The notes: generated by a model not told the origin, from the sequence alone. Positions 42,630-52,969 are shown, numbered from the stretch's first letter. The stretch is DNA of 64,000 bases from Nitrososphaeraceae archaeon (GCA_044870765.1 JBIOZG010000012.1:32001-96000), one strand, 5' to 3'. A program made the numbers and translations.

Positions 42630-42731
42630 GTAAGAAAAGAATGAAATGTTTGATGACTTGATTATTAGTTTGTGTTCGTATGATAATAGAGCGAAGTTTC
42701 TAATCAAATTTATTAGCGTTTTTGATTAGGC

Positions 42732-42899
42732 ATGATATTGAAACGTTCAGAATGTGGTTGTAGTCATGATGACTGCAAAGCAAGTGTATCTCCCATTGAC
42801 TATACTGGGTGTTTTTTGGATGAATGTTGTTGCAAGTTGATAGTCAATTTTAACAATCAAGTATTTCTTAAATTGGAAGAAAAATCGTTGAAAAATTAA
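42732..42899 (+). CDS. Cys-rich small protein, 55 aa (not in ORF track)
   Basis: MILKRSECGCSHDDCKASVSPIDYTGCFLDECCCKLIVNFNNQVFLKLEEKSLKN; 7 Cys and 1 His within 27 residues. Confidence 0.55.
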   Translation: MILKRSECGCSHDDCKASVSPIDYTGCFLDECCCKLIVNFNNQVFLKLEEKSLKN

Positions 42900-42966
42900 A
42901 CAATTCAATTGAAAAGTAGATATTGAAAAACAGCAAATTATGAACGAAATTACCGTTTGGTTAGTT

Positions 42967-43464
42967 TTACATGTTGGCATGAAATTGCTCAAAACTGTGT
43001 GAATAGATTTCAATTATATTTCCAAAAGGATCTGAGCAAAATACGAGTTTATGGTGTTTTTTAGGATTCAATTCGTAAATATCACTTAGTTGTCTTCCTC
43101 CAGTTTCAACAATCCTTTTTGTCAAATCCTCAATATTTCTTTCAGTGATGGCTACATGGATAATCCCGCCAGCCCAGTATTTAATTTGTTGATTTTTGAT
43201 CACTTGTTTGGGTTCAATAAACTGAAAAATTTCAAACCCTATATTATTTCCTGATGACATCCATACAATCCTTAATCTCCTAAATTTAGATCCGAAAATA
43301 TTCCGAAGAACGTTACCTATCCAGGTATCATTGATGTCTAATTCGGCGGGACCCCTAACCACTGTGAAACCCATTACTTCTTGATACCATTTCATACCTT
43401 TCTCTAAATCTGGAACGCTAATAGCAATGTGATTGATTATTTTTGGGGGATGAATTGGACACAT
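42967..43464 (-). CDS. VOC/glyoxalase family protein
   Basis: NHIAISV.DLE...WY, FEIFQF, HVAI, DPFGNIIEI. Confidence 0.9.
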   Translation of the reverse strand: MCPIHPPKIINHIAISVPDLEKGMKWYQEVMGFTVVRGPAELDINDTWIGNVLRNIFGSKFRRLRIVWMSSGNNIGFEIFQFIEPKQVIKNQQIKYWAGGIIHVAITERNIEDLTKRIVETGGRQLSDIYELNPKKHHKLVFCSDPFGNIIEIYSHSFEQFHANM

Positions 43465-43524
43465 GGGTAATGATTATTGATAACACTCTGTCTTTTAATT
43501 TTATTGAGTTTTAATTCAGATTAG

Positions 43525-43851
43525 CTAAGTCTTGTCATGCTGTATAACAAAATCACTGTATTCCTCACCTTGTTCACCATATTCAATTTTTACCCCATCC
43601 ACTCTGGAATTCTCAGGACCTATTTTGCTCCATTGCACAACGTTGTTAACATCAATTTTATTTCCGCTCAACAAAGCCTCCACCTGCCCATCAGGTAGAT
43701 TTCGTACCCAGCCTACTACAGAATTTTTCTTTGCAATTTGTTGCATATTAAATCTAAAATAAACTCCTTGAACTTTACCCTTAATCAACAATCGAGCAGA
43801 AATAATCTCTTTATTGTCTCTCGCTGTATTCTTAGAGTCTCGGTAACTCAC
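43525..43851 (-). CDS. acyP: Acylphosphatase
   Basis: GKVQGVYFR, GWVRNLPDG.VE, GP. Confidence 0.94.
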   Translation of the reverse strand: MSYRDSKNTARDNKEIISARLLIKGKVQGVYFRFNMQQIAKKNSVVGWVRNLPDGQVEALLSGNKIDVNNVVQWSKIGPENSRVDGVKIEYGEQGEEYSDFVIQHDKT

Positions 43852-43992
43852 AATATTTTTTGCGCAATGCTATTTTATATATATTCAATGAAAAGTTTTG
43901 GTTAGGGAATTTAGATCTTCTATTAGATTTCTTTAGGATGTAACTTATCCAAACCTTATATACTCAAATGATATGCATAATTCCATTATAAA

Positions 43993-45072
43993 ATGAGGAC
44001 TAAATTCGGCTTTACTCAAGGATTAAATATTGCCAGACTGGGTCTGGATGAAATACAAATTATGACAGCTTGTCAAATTGCCGACAGAATTGATTTTGAT
44101 TCAATCTGGTCAATGGATCATTCAAATGTACCTCAGTGGAAAAATGCAGTTGTTAATGATGCATGGTTGTTACTGGCGGCAATTGGTGCAGTCACAAGAA
44201 ATGTGGAATTAGGGACTTGCGTAACTGATGCAATTAGGCGACATCCCTCTACCATTGCTCTTTCATCAATTACATTGGATAGATTAACTAATGGCAGAGC
44301 TATTTTGGGTATTGGCGCAGGAGAAGCACAAAATGTAGTCGATTTTGGTATAGAGTTTAAAAAGCCGGTAACTAAATTTAAAGAGCAACTAGAAGTTATT
44401 GAGGCCCTTTTTGATTCCGATCCTGACAATAGAGTAAACTATAATGGTGAATACTACAAATTGATTAACGCATGTTTGCAGGCAAAGAGCATTAGAAAAC
44501 CTAGACCTCCAGTATATATCGCAGCAGGTGCCCCAAAGACCCTAGAACTGTGTGCGATTTATGGAGATGGTTGGATACCAATAGGTTATACTCCTGCATT
44601 GTTCCAACACCATGCAAATATTATCAGAGATCATGCAAAAAGAATTGGAAGAGATATAAGTGATTTTCAATTCGCAAATGACGTAGATGTCTATTTTACG
44701 GATGATGGCGAAGAAGCGTGGAATAAGATGAAGAATGCAGTCAAGGTTAGTCTATACAAACCAGAGCTGCTGAAGGTCCACAATATACAACAGGATTCAG
44801 AATTTGATTTCCGTAGGTACTTTACTGAGTATGCAATGAATAAACCAGAGCTAATGGAACAAATGAAAAGAGCTGCAATGCAAATCCCAGACGATGTAGC
44901 AAGAAGTGCAATAGGCGTTGGCAAACCGGATGACGTGATAGAAATGCTAGAACGATTTATGGAGGCTGGAACAAATCACTTTATAATTAGATTCTGGGGC
45001 GATGGATATTTTAAAAACATAGAAATGTTTGGTAAAAAGGTAATTCCCTATTTCAGAGAACAGGAAAAATAA
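43993..45072 (+). CDS. LLM-class (probably F420-dependent) oxidoreductase
   Basis: DH, LGTCVT, RHP, TLD.L.NGRAILGIGAG, PPVYIAA, DGWI. Confidence 0.9.
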   Translation: MRTKFGFTQGLNIARLGLDEIQIMTACQIADRIDFDSIWSMDHSNVPQWKNAVVNDAWLLLAAIGAVTRNVELGTCVTDAIRRHPSTIALSSITLDRLTNGRAILGIGAGEAQNVVDFGIEFKKPVTKFKEQLEVIEALFDSDPDNRVNYNGEYYKLINACLQAKSIRKPRPPVYIAAGAPKTLELCAIYGDGWIPIGYTPALFQHHANIIRDHAKRIGRDISDFQFANDVDVYFTDDGEEAWNKMKNAVKVSLYKPELLKVHNIQQDSEFDFRRYFTEYAMNKPELMEQMKRAAMQIPDDVARSAIGVGKPDDVIEMLERFMEAGTNHFIIRFWGDGYFKNIEMFGKKVIPYFREQEK

Positions 45073-45134
45073 CTGTAGACATATGTATAGTAAAGATAGA
45101 TAATGAACGTTCTAATAATTAGATGTCAATAAAT

Positions 45135-46166
45135 TCAAGGATTTGATTTAGTAAAAAAAGTGTCTAGTTTAATCATAGTTTTATTTCTTTTTTCCGTCTT
45201 ACGAATAAGTGGATCCGCATCAAATCCCAATAGGTTTAAGTTTTCGGCAAAACTTTCAGCAAACCCGTGAAAAGTATAGATCTTTTCTGGGTTGCACTTC
45301 TTCACTACGGATATTAGATCATTATAATCACAATGGTCACTGAGAGGCAAACAATGATCCAATCCTAATGCATACTTGTAATATGACTTTACGGCCCATC
45401 CACTAAATCCGATGGATATGGCACCATATTTCTTCTTAATATATTTTAGAAAGCCATTTTTGCATGATGTAATTGGAGCTATTAATAACCACGGTTGGTG
45501 AGAAGAAAGCATGTCGGATCTTTCTGCGTCAGAGAATGTAACATAATTGTCCATACTGACCCCAAACTCTGAATAAAGTTTATTCATCTCATCTATAGAA
45601 TCATGCACGATTAATGGTTTCCAATGCCTAAATACATTTGTTAGAATTTGTGCTTTCCCTAGAGTGTACCCTAACAAGATAACTGGAAGACCACGGTGAT
45701 ACATTTCTGATATTATCAAATTAGCCTTGTGTATCGTGGTTTCAAAATTTGGAAAAACGTAATCAGGATGGCCGAAGGTAGATTCTATTATGAGAATTTT
45801 TGCTTTGGGTACTACCGCCGCATCCATAAATGCTCTTTTTCTTATTGATATATCTCCAGTGTAATACATTTGATCTTTTATGAGCAGTCCATTTGATCCG
45901 AGAATATGTCCTGAATTTAGTAATTCAAATCCATGTTGTTCAAACGTTTCCCCATATTTGTATCCGCGATGCATTGCAATTTTGTGAGTTATCTTTGAGG
46001 TGATAATCTTATTACCGTTTTCCTTAACGCATTTATATAGATGATCGGTATGTGCGTGAGAAATGAAAATGAGATCAGAATTTGGCTGCCTATTTGGATC
46101 AAGGTATAACTTTTTACCCTTGCTGTCGACAGTTATACCATAGTTATCCACACAAACATCAAGCAT
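45135..46166 (-). CDS. Metallo-beta-lactamase (beta-CASP-like) nuclease
   Basis: SHAHTDH, GHILGS, YTGD, ESTFG, LSDHCD, TFHG. Confidence 0.9.
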   Translation of the reverse strand: MLDVCVDNYGITVDSKGKKLYLDPNRQPNSDLIFISHAHTDHLYKCVKENGNKIITSKITHKIAMHRGYKYGETFEQHGFELLNSGHILGSNGLLIKDQMYYTGDISIRKRAFMDAAVVPKAKILIIESTFGHPDYVFPNFETTIHKANLIISEMYHRGLPVILLGYTLGKAQILTNVFRHWKPLIVHDSIDEMNKLYSEFGVSMDNYVTFSDAERSDMLSSHQPWLLIAPITSCKNGFLKYIKKKYGAISIGFSGWAVKSYYKYALGLDHCLPLSDHCDYNDLISVVKKCNPEKIYTFHGFAESFAENLNLLGFDADPLIRKTEKRNKTMIKLDTFFTKSNP

Positions 46167-46315
46167 CAGTTTCTTTGAATTTTGCTGAGTATATTAATTT
46201 TAGTACATGAATTTCGATAAAAAATTGTTAACTTTTTTTAGGTTGGTCTTGAACGATAATAAACAATGGTTGCTGAAGTAAAATTTAAGTTATATTAAAT
46301 TTCTAGTTTTGAGTA

Positions 46316-46978
46316 ATGATACTGACTCGATATTGGTTTATTATTTCTGTTATAAGTTTGAGTGCAGTACTTGTTATTTTTGAGATTTTTATTTTTTATC
46401 CGCATAATGATTTTGATTCCTATGTCTATGGACAGACTCCCGTTACCGAACTTCCTAATTTGGGTGTCGAGCGAACAAACTCCTCTTTCAATGCTGAGGG
46501 AACAATAAACACTGTCTTGTTTTTGAGAGGTGAATCCAATGACACACAACCAGTAGTTAATGATATCAATACGAACCTTTCTTCAAAGTATCTTCTTGGA
46601 GGGAAGTGGAGAGCCGATGTCTTAAGGGACAATGTAACATATTTTAAAACCAACTTTACTATGATTGAAACTGATGGCCGCAATATTCATTATCACACGA
46701 TTGTCTATAAGCCAATTTCAAAACAATCAGTAAGTCAAGACATGCAAGGTAAACTAGGGACTTTTTTTAAAAATAAGGGTAGCAACTCTTCAGGGTTTAA
46801 TTGCAATGTGGATGTATATACAAATGGGGTATTAGAATGGGAAAACGTTCCTATAAGAGTATCATTCATAAATTCAAAAGTAATAATGATTGATATAAAA
46901 GATGAAAAAACTGTTGAACATTTTTTGAAAAGTCCTATTTATGGATTGATAAATTCGATCGATCTTACCCAGCAATAG
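46316..46978 (+). CDS. Hypothetical membrane-anchored protein
   Basis: N-terminal TM; F.MI..DG...H.H and HF...PIYG motifs resemble proteins I associate with Nitrososphaerota. Confidence 0.7.
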   Translation: MILTRYWFIISVISLSAVLVIFEIFIFYPHNDFDSYVYGQTPVTELPNLGVERTNSSFNAEGTINTVLFLRGESNDTQPVVNDINTNLSSKYLLGGKWRADVLRDNVTYFKTNFTMIETDGRNIHYHTIVYKPISKQSVSQDMQGKLGTFFKNKGSNSSGFNCNVDVYTNGVLEWENVPIRVSFINSKVIMIDIKDEKTVEHFLKSPIYGLINSIDLTQQ

Positions 46979-47065
46979 AATTTATTGAATGACTGTCACG
47001 TCAATTCATGACCACTTAGTCATTCGAGTGATGTGTATTTCGAACTATAAAGTTCGTATTCAATA

Positions 47066-48094
47066 CTATGTGATTACCCTATTTAGTTTTCTTTTATCAA
47101 TTGCGTTTTTAATTTCAAAGGCAATTCTCCTACCCATACTCATGTCATGTTGAAAAAGGAAATCAGAATATTGAGAACCAGAAACGTAGAGATTTGTCCC
47201 AGCAACTATTCTAGCAGAAAACTCAAAGGCAATAAACTTTGCATCCTTAGTATATACCCCTTCCAAACAAAATGGTCCAGGGATACCTGGAGGTATTAGC
47301 CTTTCAGAAGCTCGCACAAAATTATCGCCCATCTTATACACATCGTCGAGAAGTGATTCTCTGAGAACTAATGGAATATTTCCAATTACGTTATAGGTAG
47401 GCTCCATTGGATCATTAAGCTGATGCTTTGAAGGAATTCTAGAAATTCCATCAATATCAGATTCATACCTTCTATCTACGCCCATGAATTCTATATCTCC
47501 GGATATTGGAGAATAAAAGTAGTGTAGGAATACTGGAACTCCCTTAACATATTCTTGTATATATAGATCATTTTCATCTTTAATGACGTTTTCATTCAAG
47601 AGCTTGTTGTACCCTTCATCAAAACCATTCCGATCTGATGCAAGAAAATATCCTTTGCCCCCGGCAGCTCCATGTAACTTTACAATGCAAAGATCCTTGA
47701 TTTCAGCCTTAGATCTTATAGTTGTGGGTATATTTAATTTTGATTCTAACATCAGTTTTTCTTTAAGGTTTCTATCTGCCTCCCACCTTAAAATGAGTTT
47801 ATTACCAAAAAAAGGTACATCAATATTTTCTATTTCTTCGGAGCTTAAGGATGAGATGAGAGTACCGTGAGGGATAAGGATACATTCCAATTTATTCAAT
47901 CTTTTTTGGAAATCTGATTCTAGTATATCCCTAAATTTATCTACCAGCATAACATGATCAATAAAGTTAAATCTTTTGTACACATGATAACGCTTTTTTT
48001 CAGTTATCAGAAGCGTCCTAAATCCTTCATCCTTTGCGCCTTTCAGTACCTGAAGTGAACAATGAGATCCTAGAGTTCCAATGATCTTTGTCAA
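47066..48094 (-). CDS. purP: Formate--AICAR ligase (PurP family, ATP-grasp)
   Basis: SHCSLQVLKGAKDEGF, IPHGT, GAAGGKGYF, DRRYES, FEFSARIVAGTN. Confidence 0.93.
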   Translation of the reverse strand: MTKIIGTLGSHCSLQVLKGAKDEGFRTLLITEKKRYHVYKRFNFIDHVMLVDKFRDILESDFQKRLNKLECILIPHGTLISSLSSEEIENIDVPFFGNKLILRWEADRNLKEKLMLESKLNIPTTIRSKAEIKDLCIVKLHGAAGGKGYFLASDRNGFDEGYNKLLNENVIKDENDLYIQEYVKGVPVFLHYFYSPISGDIEFMGVDRRYESDIDGISRIPSKHQLNDPMEPTYNVIGNIPLVLRESLLDDVYKMGDNFVRASERLIPPGIPGPFCLEGVYTKDAKFIAFEFSARIVAGTNLYVSGSQYSDFLFQHDMSMGRRIAFEIKNAIDKRKLNRVIT

Positions 48095-48172
48095 ACTAAC
48101 TATCGTATGGATTACTAAGACTAGGAAATTAATATTATTCGAAATTTTGTTAATTTGGCCGAAACTTTCTAG

Positions 48173-48361
48173 TTATTTGCCCGAGCTTGTTAGAAATTCT
48201 GCAATCAGTTTTATGACAAAAGCAATACCGCCCACGAAGCCTATACCCAATAGCACTAGTCTTAGGTGAGTCATATAGTCATCCTTGCTAGTTTTTTTTG
48301 CTAGTTTCAATGTCTGAATTATTTCTACTACTTTATGTTGTACGAATGACAAAAATTCCAC
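48173..48361 (-). CDS. secE: Protein translocase SecE/Sec61-gamma
   Basis: LKLAKK...DY..HLRLVLLGIG.VG.IAFVI. Confidence 0.85.
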   Translation of the reverse strand: MEFLSFVQHKVVEIIQTLKLAKKTSKDDYMTHLRLVLLGIGFVGGIAFVIKLIAEFLTSSGK

Positions 48362-48697
48362 ATTTTATCGCATTATTACATTATTTGAATCTACCGAAAT
48401 TGAAAAAACAACTACGCGAGTGGAATATCGGAGGATGAATGGATGATAAGTAGTCTTATAAATAGTGAGAGTAAAAATTACTAATAGGCGAAATAATGTT
48501 TTAACATTTAGGGGCAAATAAAGCATTGTCAATTTTCTTGACTTAAAATGGCGTCCAAATTCATGTCTTTTATCTCACATGCAATCTGGGAGACGGATCT
48601 CATTACCAAATATGGATTTTAGCGCCATATTGTGTTACTGCATTCGGCTATATCACGTTTCGTTAATTGTTTGCTCTTCTTAGGCGTGAATGACAGA

Positions 48698-49150
48698 TTA
48701 TGAAGTGAATACGCGATCTTTTTCGGTTCTTTGCATCTCAACGAACGTTTCAGTATTTTGAACTCCTTCTATCTTGCCAATTTGTTTTATAACAACGTTG
48801 TGGAGTTCTTCGAGAGTGGTAGCACTGATAGCTACCAAGATATCGAACCTACCTGTCACCTCAGATATTGATATTATTTGAAATATTTTCAAAAGTGAAG
48901 TATGTATTTCTCTTTTTAATTTGGGATCTCTATTTATTCCAACGACGGCCTTGACATTTATTCCCAAAAGAGGTTCGTTCACGATTATAGTCGATTTTTG
49001 GATCAAATTTCTTTTATAAAGACGCTTAATTCTGCTATACAGGACTGAAGAATTGGTTGATAATAGTTTACTTAATCGAGGCACCGAAATATTAGCATTC
49101 TTACACAGTTCCGACAATATTTTCATGTCTAAATCGTCGAATTTTTGCAA
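48698..49150 (-). CDS. Lrp/AsnC family transcriptional regulator
   Basis: DDLD.KIL..L, RIKRL...I, VTGRFD, TET. Confidence 0.92.
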   Translation of the reverse strand: MQKFDDLDMKILSELCKNANISVPRLSKLLSTNSSVLYSRIKRLYKRNLIQKSTIIVNEPLLGINVKAVVGINRDPKLKREIHTSLLKIFQIISISEVTGRFDILVAISATTLEELHNVVIKQIGKIEGVQNTETFVEMQRTEKDRVFTS

Positions 49151-49401
49151 TATCTAGTCAATAATAATCCGAGTATTAATAAATGTAGTTTTTAGCAAGA
49201 TTTTGTTAACTATAAAACTAGTAAAGGACACACTGGAAAAAGTACAACCAATTCTTAAATGGAAATTAAAATATCACTTAATTTGTTCATGATTGAGTTG
49301 AATATCAAAAAATATCTTGAAACTGTATGCCTACTTATTGCGCTGTACCAAATTATTGAAAAAACTATATATATTTAAGAAGCCATATTTAGGCTCACCT
49401 A

Positions 49402-49809
49402 ATGCTACTTCCATCAGAAATTGAATCTAAATTATTAATACCTGCAGTAAGAGCAATATTATCGAAAGAGCTTGTAATCGAAAAAGGATTAAAGGAAGAG
49501 GAGGTAGCAAGATTACTTGGGATAACTCAAGCTGCAGTAAGCAATTATCTGAGAGGCACGCGTGGTGATAATGAAATAATAGCAAAACTATTATCATTAA
49601 GCGAAATCATGAGTATGATAAAAGAAATTCGCGATGATCTTTCTACAAATAGGGCATACACTGCAAAGACACTATCTAAATTTATTGCACTATGCAATTA
49701 TATGCGCTACTCACTCATCATATGCGACGCACATCATAGTCTTGAAAGAAACATTGATGAAAAGGTATGTGAACAATGTAAAGTTACCCTGACTGGTACC
49801 AAACAGTAA
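49402..49809 (+). CDS. HTH transcriptional regulator (COG2522-like) with C-terminal Cys/His
   Basis: PSEIE..IPAVR, VARLLGITQAAVSNYL.G.RG, C..H...C..C. Confidence 0.85.
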   Translation: MLLPSEIESKLLIPAVRAILSKELVIEKGLKEEEVARLLGITQAAVSNYLRGTRGDNEIIAKLLSLSEIMSMIKEIRDDLSTNRAYTAKTLSKFIALCNYMRYSLIICDAHHSLERNIDEKVCEQCKVTLTGTKQ

Positions 49810-49834
49810 ATAACTGTTGCAAACAGTAGAAATT

Positions 49835-51124
49835 CTATTTCGGTTTTTCGGTACGAATCATATTCAAGACATTTGGGATAACTTCCGACCCTTTTAGGGT
49901 TCCAATCGATCCCTTATTTGCCCATGATTCGGTAAAGCGCTGACTTCCATCACCTTTGATACCATCTCCAGATACCAATAATGGAATTGGGTCATCCGTG
50001 TGTGATTTTTTAACGCAAGGTGTAGAGTGATCACCAGAGATTACTACGACGTGTTGTCTTGACATGTATTTCAAAAACATGCCAAAGAAATTTTCATCGA
50101 TTGATTCAATGTTAGATTTCTTGCCCAATGCGTCGCCATCATGTCCAAATTCGTCTGGTCCTTTAATGTGAACATAAACAAGATTATAAGAGTTAAGAAT
50201 TTCTGCGACTTCTTTTGCCTTTTGTTTATAATCATCTATTTTTTCTGAACGAAATAGATCCATCCCTATTATTTTAGCTATTCCAATCTCTACAGGCATA
50301 TCGACTAGGCAGGAGGCGGAAATTCCAAACTTCTCGTTAATCGGCTGGAGATGCGGCACACTATTCCCTGCATCTCGTAGCAATATTACGTTCATCGGTT
50401 TCTTACTGTTTGAAATTCTAGCCAGATTTACTGGATGTTCCTTCATCAAGACAATGGATTTGCAAGTAAATTCATTGACAATTCTTGCGGACAGCTTGGA
50501 GGATTCAGAATCTTCTTCTGGCTGAGATTCTTGAACTTCCATATTCTCAACGTTAGTATTGGCAATTCCAATTCCGTTCAATTTACCGTAGGCAGGATCG
50601 GTATTAGTTATTTTATCAGAGAGAAATTTCTTGTTATGTCTAAATTTAATAATTACACGGTGAGAAATAGTTGGATTTATTTTAACTGACACACCTGGAT
50701 CGTCAAATTTTAAATTTTGTACTAGATATGAACAGATATTGTTGGCTTCTTGCCTTGTGATATCCCGACCCGCACGCCTATCAATTATTTTATTGTCATC
50801 TAAAGTGGCAAAGTTTCCTCTTAATGCAAGGTCTCCATCACGGAAATCAATGTCAGATCCTACTATTTCCACAATTCCTCTTCCAGCATACTTTTTCCCC
50901 TCAAAATTATAACCTAGCATATTAAATACGGCAATATCTGATTGAGGGGATATTCCTTTTCCTACGCTTATCACTTGACCCATTTTTCCCTTTCTTGCCA
51001 GAGAATCAATATTCGGAGTCGTTGCTGCCTCAAGTGGAGTATGACCATTCAATTGAGGATTCGGAAGATCGCCTATTCCATCAAGTAGAACATACAATAC
51101 TCTCAAATCTGGATTATCAGACAA
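49835..51124 (-). CDS. apgM: 2,3-bisphosphoglycerate-independent phosphoglycerate mutase (archaeal ApgM)
   Basis: LDGIGD, TPLEAA.TPN.D, SD, GRG, DRRAGR, KGPDEFGHDG, GDHSTP; likely TTG start at 51124. Confidence 0.93.
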   Translation of the reverse strand: MSDNPDLRVLYVLLDGIGDLPNPQLNGHTPLEAATTPNIDSLARKGKMGQVISVGKGISPQSDIAVFNMLGYNFEGKKYAGRGIVEIVGSDIDFRDGDLALRGNFATLDDNKIIDRRAGRDITRQEANNICSYLVQNLKFDDPGVSVKINPTISHRVIIKFRHNKKFLSDKITNTDPAYGKLNGIGIANTNVENMEVQESQPEEDSESSKLSARIVNEFTCKSIVLMKEHPVNLARISNSKKPMNVILLRDAGNSVPHLQPINEKFGISASCLVDMPVEIGIAKIIGMDLFRSEKIDDYKQKAKEVAEILNSYNLVYVHIKGPDEFGHDGDALGKKSNIESIDENFFGMFLKYMSRQHVVVISGDHSTPCVKKSHTDDPIPLLVSGDGIKGDGSQRFTESWANKGSIGTLKGSEVIPNVLNMIRTEKPK

Positions 51125-51244
51125 TGTTTGAAGAGAAAAGATACCATGATTTATCTGTAATGTCATTGACAAGAAATCTTTTTTTTGCGAATTTGTGTAC
51201 ACAAAGAATTAAAAAGAACTGAGGCAATAGGTGTTTAAGACAAA

Positions 51245-51541
51245 TTGAGAATCATGGCTATTGGGAGTAGAATTTTTGTAACAAGCTTTCAATTAGCAGG
51301 TGTCGAAGGTATTAAGGTTGAATCTGCAACCGAGGCTCTTCATCATATTAATGGCTTAGATAACGTTAGTGATGTGGGCCTTGTTCTAATAAGCGAAGAC
51401 ATTGGCAAAGAAATTCGAACCCAACTAACAAATATCAGAGCTAAACGTCCAATTCCACTAATTTTTGAATTACCTGCACCTGGCGGCAGTAGGGAAAATG
51501 TAGATTATAGAGCTTTACTAAAACAGATTTTGGGTGTGTAA
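51245..51541 (+). CDS. atpF: A/V-type ATP synthase subunit F
   Basis: I..IG...FVTSFQLAGV, DVGLVLI, P.IFELP, LKQILGV. Confidence 0.9.
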   Translation: MRIMAIGSRIFVTSFQLAGVEGIKVESATEALHHINGLDNVSDVGLVLISEDIGKEIRTQLTNIRAKRPIPLIFELPAPGGSRENVDYRALLKQILGV

Positions 51542-51680
51542 TTTAATTTCTATTTTAACTTGACTGTGGATGCTAAACTGAAATCTTGAAAAATCAATCT
51601 ATCAGATCATTAATTATTATGAACTTGTTTTTTTTTTGAAAGCGTATAGTCTATATTTTCCAATTAATTAACGATAGCAA

Positions 51681-52883
51681 TTGCTCGATATAGTGCTGCT
51701 TGCAGTCCTGATACCAATTAATGTTGGAATTCTTGCTTGTTGGACTTATTTTCTTATTTTTATCATCTGGTCAATTTCCAGGTCACCAAAACTGGAATGG
51801 TCCGCACGATTTCGAATAGATTCAAAACCCAAGGTTAGCATTATAGTTCCTGCGAGAAACGAAGAAGGTACAATATTAAAATGTCTGCAATCTCTGTTAT
51901 CGCAAGACTATGACAAATATGAAGTAATTGCGATCGATGATTCATCGACCGACAGGACCTTGTCAATCATCTCAAAATTGTCTGAAATAGATAATAAATT
52001 GATAACAGTGAAATCACCACCAAGACCTAATGATTGGGTTGGTAAGAATTGGGCATGTTTCCAGGGATATAAAAAATCGACAGGAGAAATCCTATTGTTT
52101 ACTGATGCCGATAGTGTCCATAAACCTGATGCACTATCATCTGCAATTAATACAATGATCCATGATGATCTGGATGCGGTCACACTCGTCCCTAAATTAT
52201 TATGCTATGATTTGATTACGAAATTTACTTTACCCGTACTATCTGTGTTTTTACATTCCAGATACTCACCACTTCGGGTAAATAATCCAAAAAACAAAAT
52301 CGGCTATTTTTTTGGCAGTTTTTATCTTATATCTAAAAAGAATTATGAGAAAATCGGCACACATGAGCAAGTGCGTCAGGAATTAGTCGAAGATGGAGCT
52401 CTTGGACGTAGAGTGAAAGAGCAAGGAATGAAATTAAGATTAGTTAGAGGTGAAAATTATGTTGAAGCAACCTGGGCTCGTGATCCCCGTTCTCTCTGGC
52501 ATGCCTTGCGTCGTATAATTATCCCGTTGCGATCACAAAAAAGAAAATCTGCATTAATGGCTACAGCTTTTATCTTCTTTATCTTATTGGAGCCAGTTCT
52601 AATTCTACCGCTTTCCTTGTTATATTTTCCAGATAGTCAGTTCAGAGGACTTTTACTAACTGTCAATTTGCTAATAATTTTCCTGTTGCTTGCATGTGCA
52701 GTTGTACAGTCTCATTTCGGTCTCCTACAAAAATCGATATATGGAGCAGGTTTTGTAGTAGGATGTACGGTGATAACGGTTTGCTTCTTATTATCCGTAT
52801 TTGAGTTAAAGGGGAATAGAGTAGTAAAGTGGCGCGATAGAAGTTATTTTGTCGGCACCAAGCAGCATCCATTTCATCTATAA
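51681..52883 (+). CDS. Membrane glycosyltransferase family 2
   Basis: IVPARNEE, DDSSTD, GKNWA, FTDAD, EDGALG; N- and C-terminal TM helices. Confidence 0.92.
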   Translation: MLDIVLLAVLIPINVGILACWTYFLIFIIWSISRSPKLEWSARFRIDSKPKVSIIVPARNEEGTILKCLQSLLSQDYDKYEVIAIDDSSTDRTLSIISKLSEIDNKLITVKSPPRPNDWVGKNWACFQGYKKSTGEILLFTDADSVHKPDALSSAINTMIHDDLDAVTLVPKLLCYDLITKFTLPVLSVFLHSRYSPLRVNNPKNKIGYFFGSFYLISKKNYEKIGTHEQVRQELVEDGALGRRVKEQGMKLRLVRGENYVEATWARDPRSLWHALRRIIIPLRSQKRKSALMATAFIFFILLEPVLILPLSLLYFPDSQFRGLLLTVNLLIIFLLLACAVVQSHFGLLQKSIYGAGFVVGCTVITVCFLLSVFELKGNRVVKWRDRSYFVGTKQHPFHL

Positions 52884-52969
52884 GTGTGTCAAAAAGAAAT
52901 GAAATTAGAAATGACAATCATTCGTTGAAACAAATTATTAATAATAATGCCCATCAATAATAATGGGCA

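Noticed and set aside
42747-43013. 88-aa minus-strand ORF
   Set aside because: Overlaps the VOC gene end and is antisense to the Cys-rich ORF; no motif.
48362-48697. Possible tRNA or ftsZ remnant upstream of secE (ATGGCG...CGCCAT pairing)
   Set aside because: No cloverleaf or T-loop consensus and no FtsZ-like translation seen.
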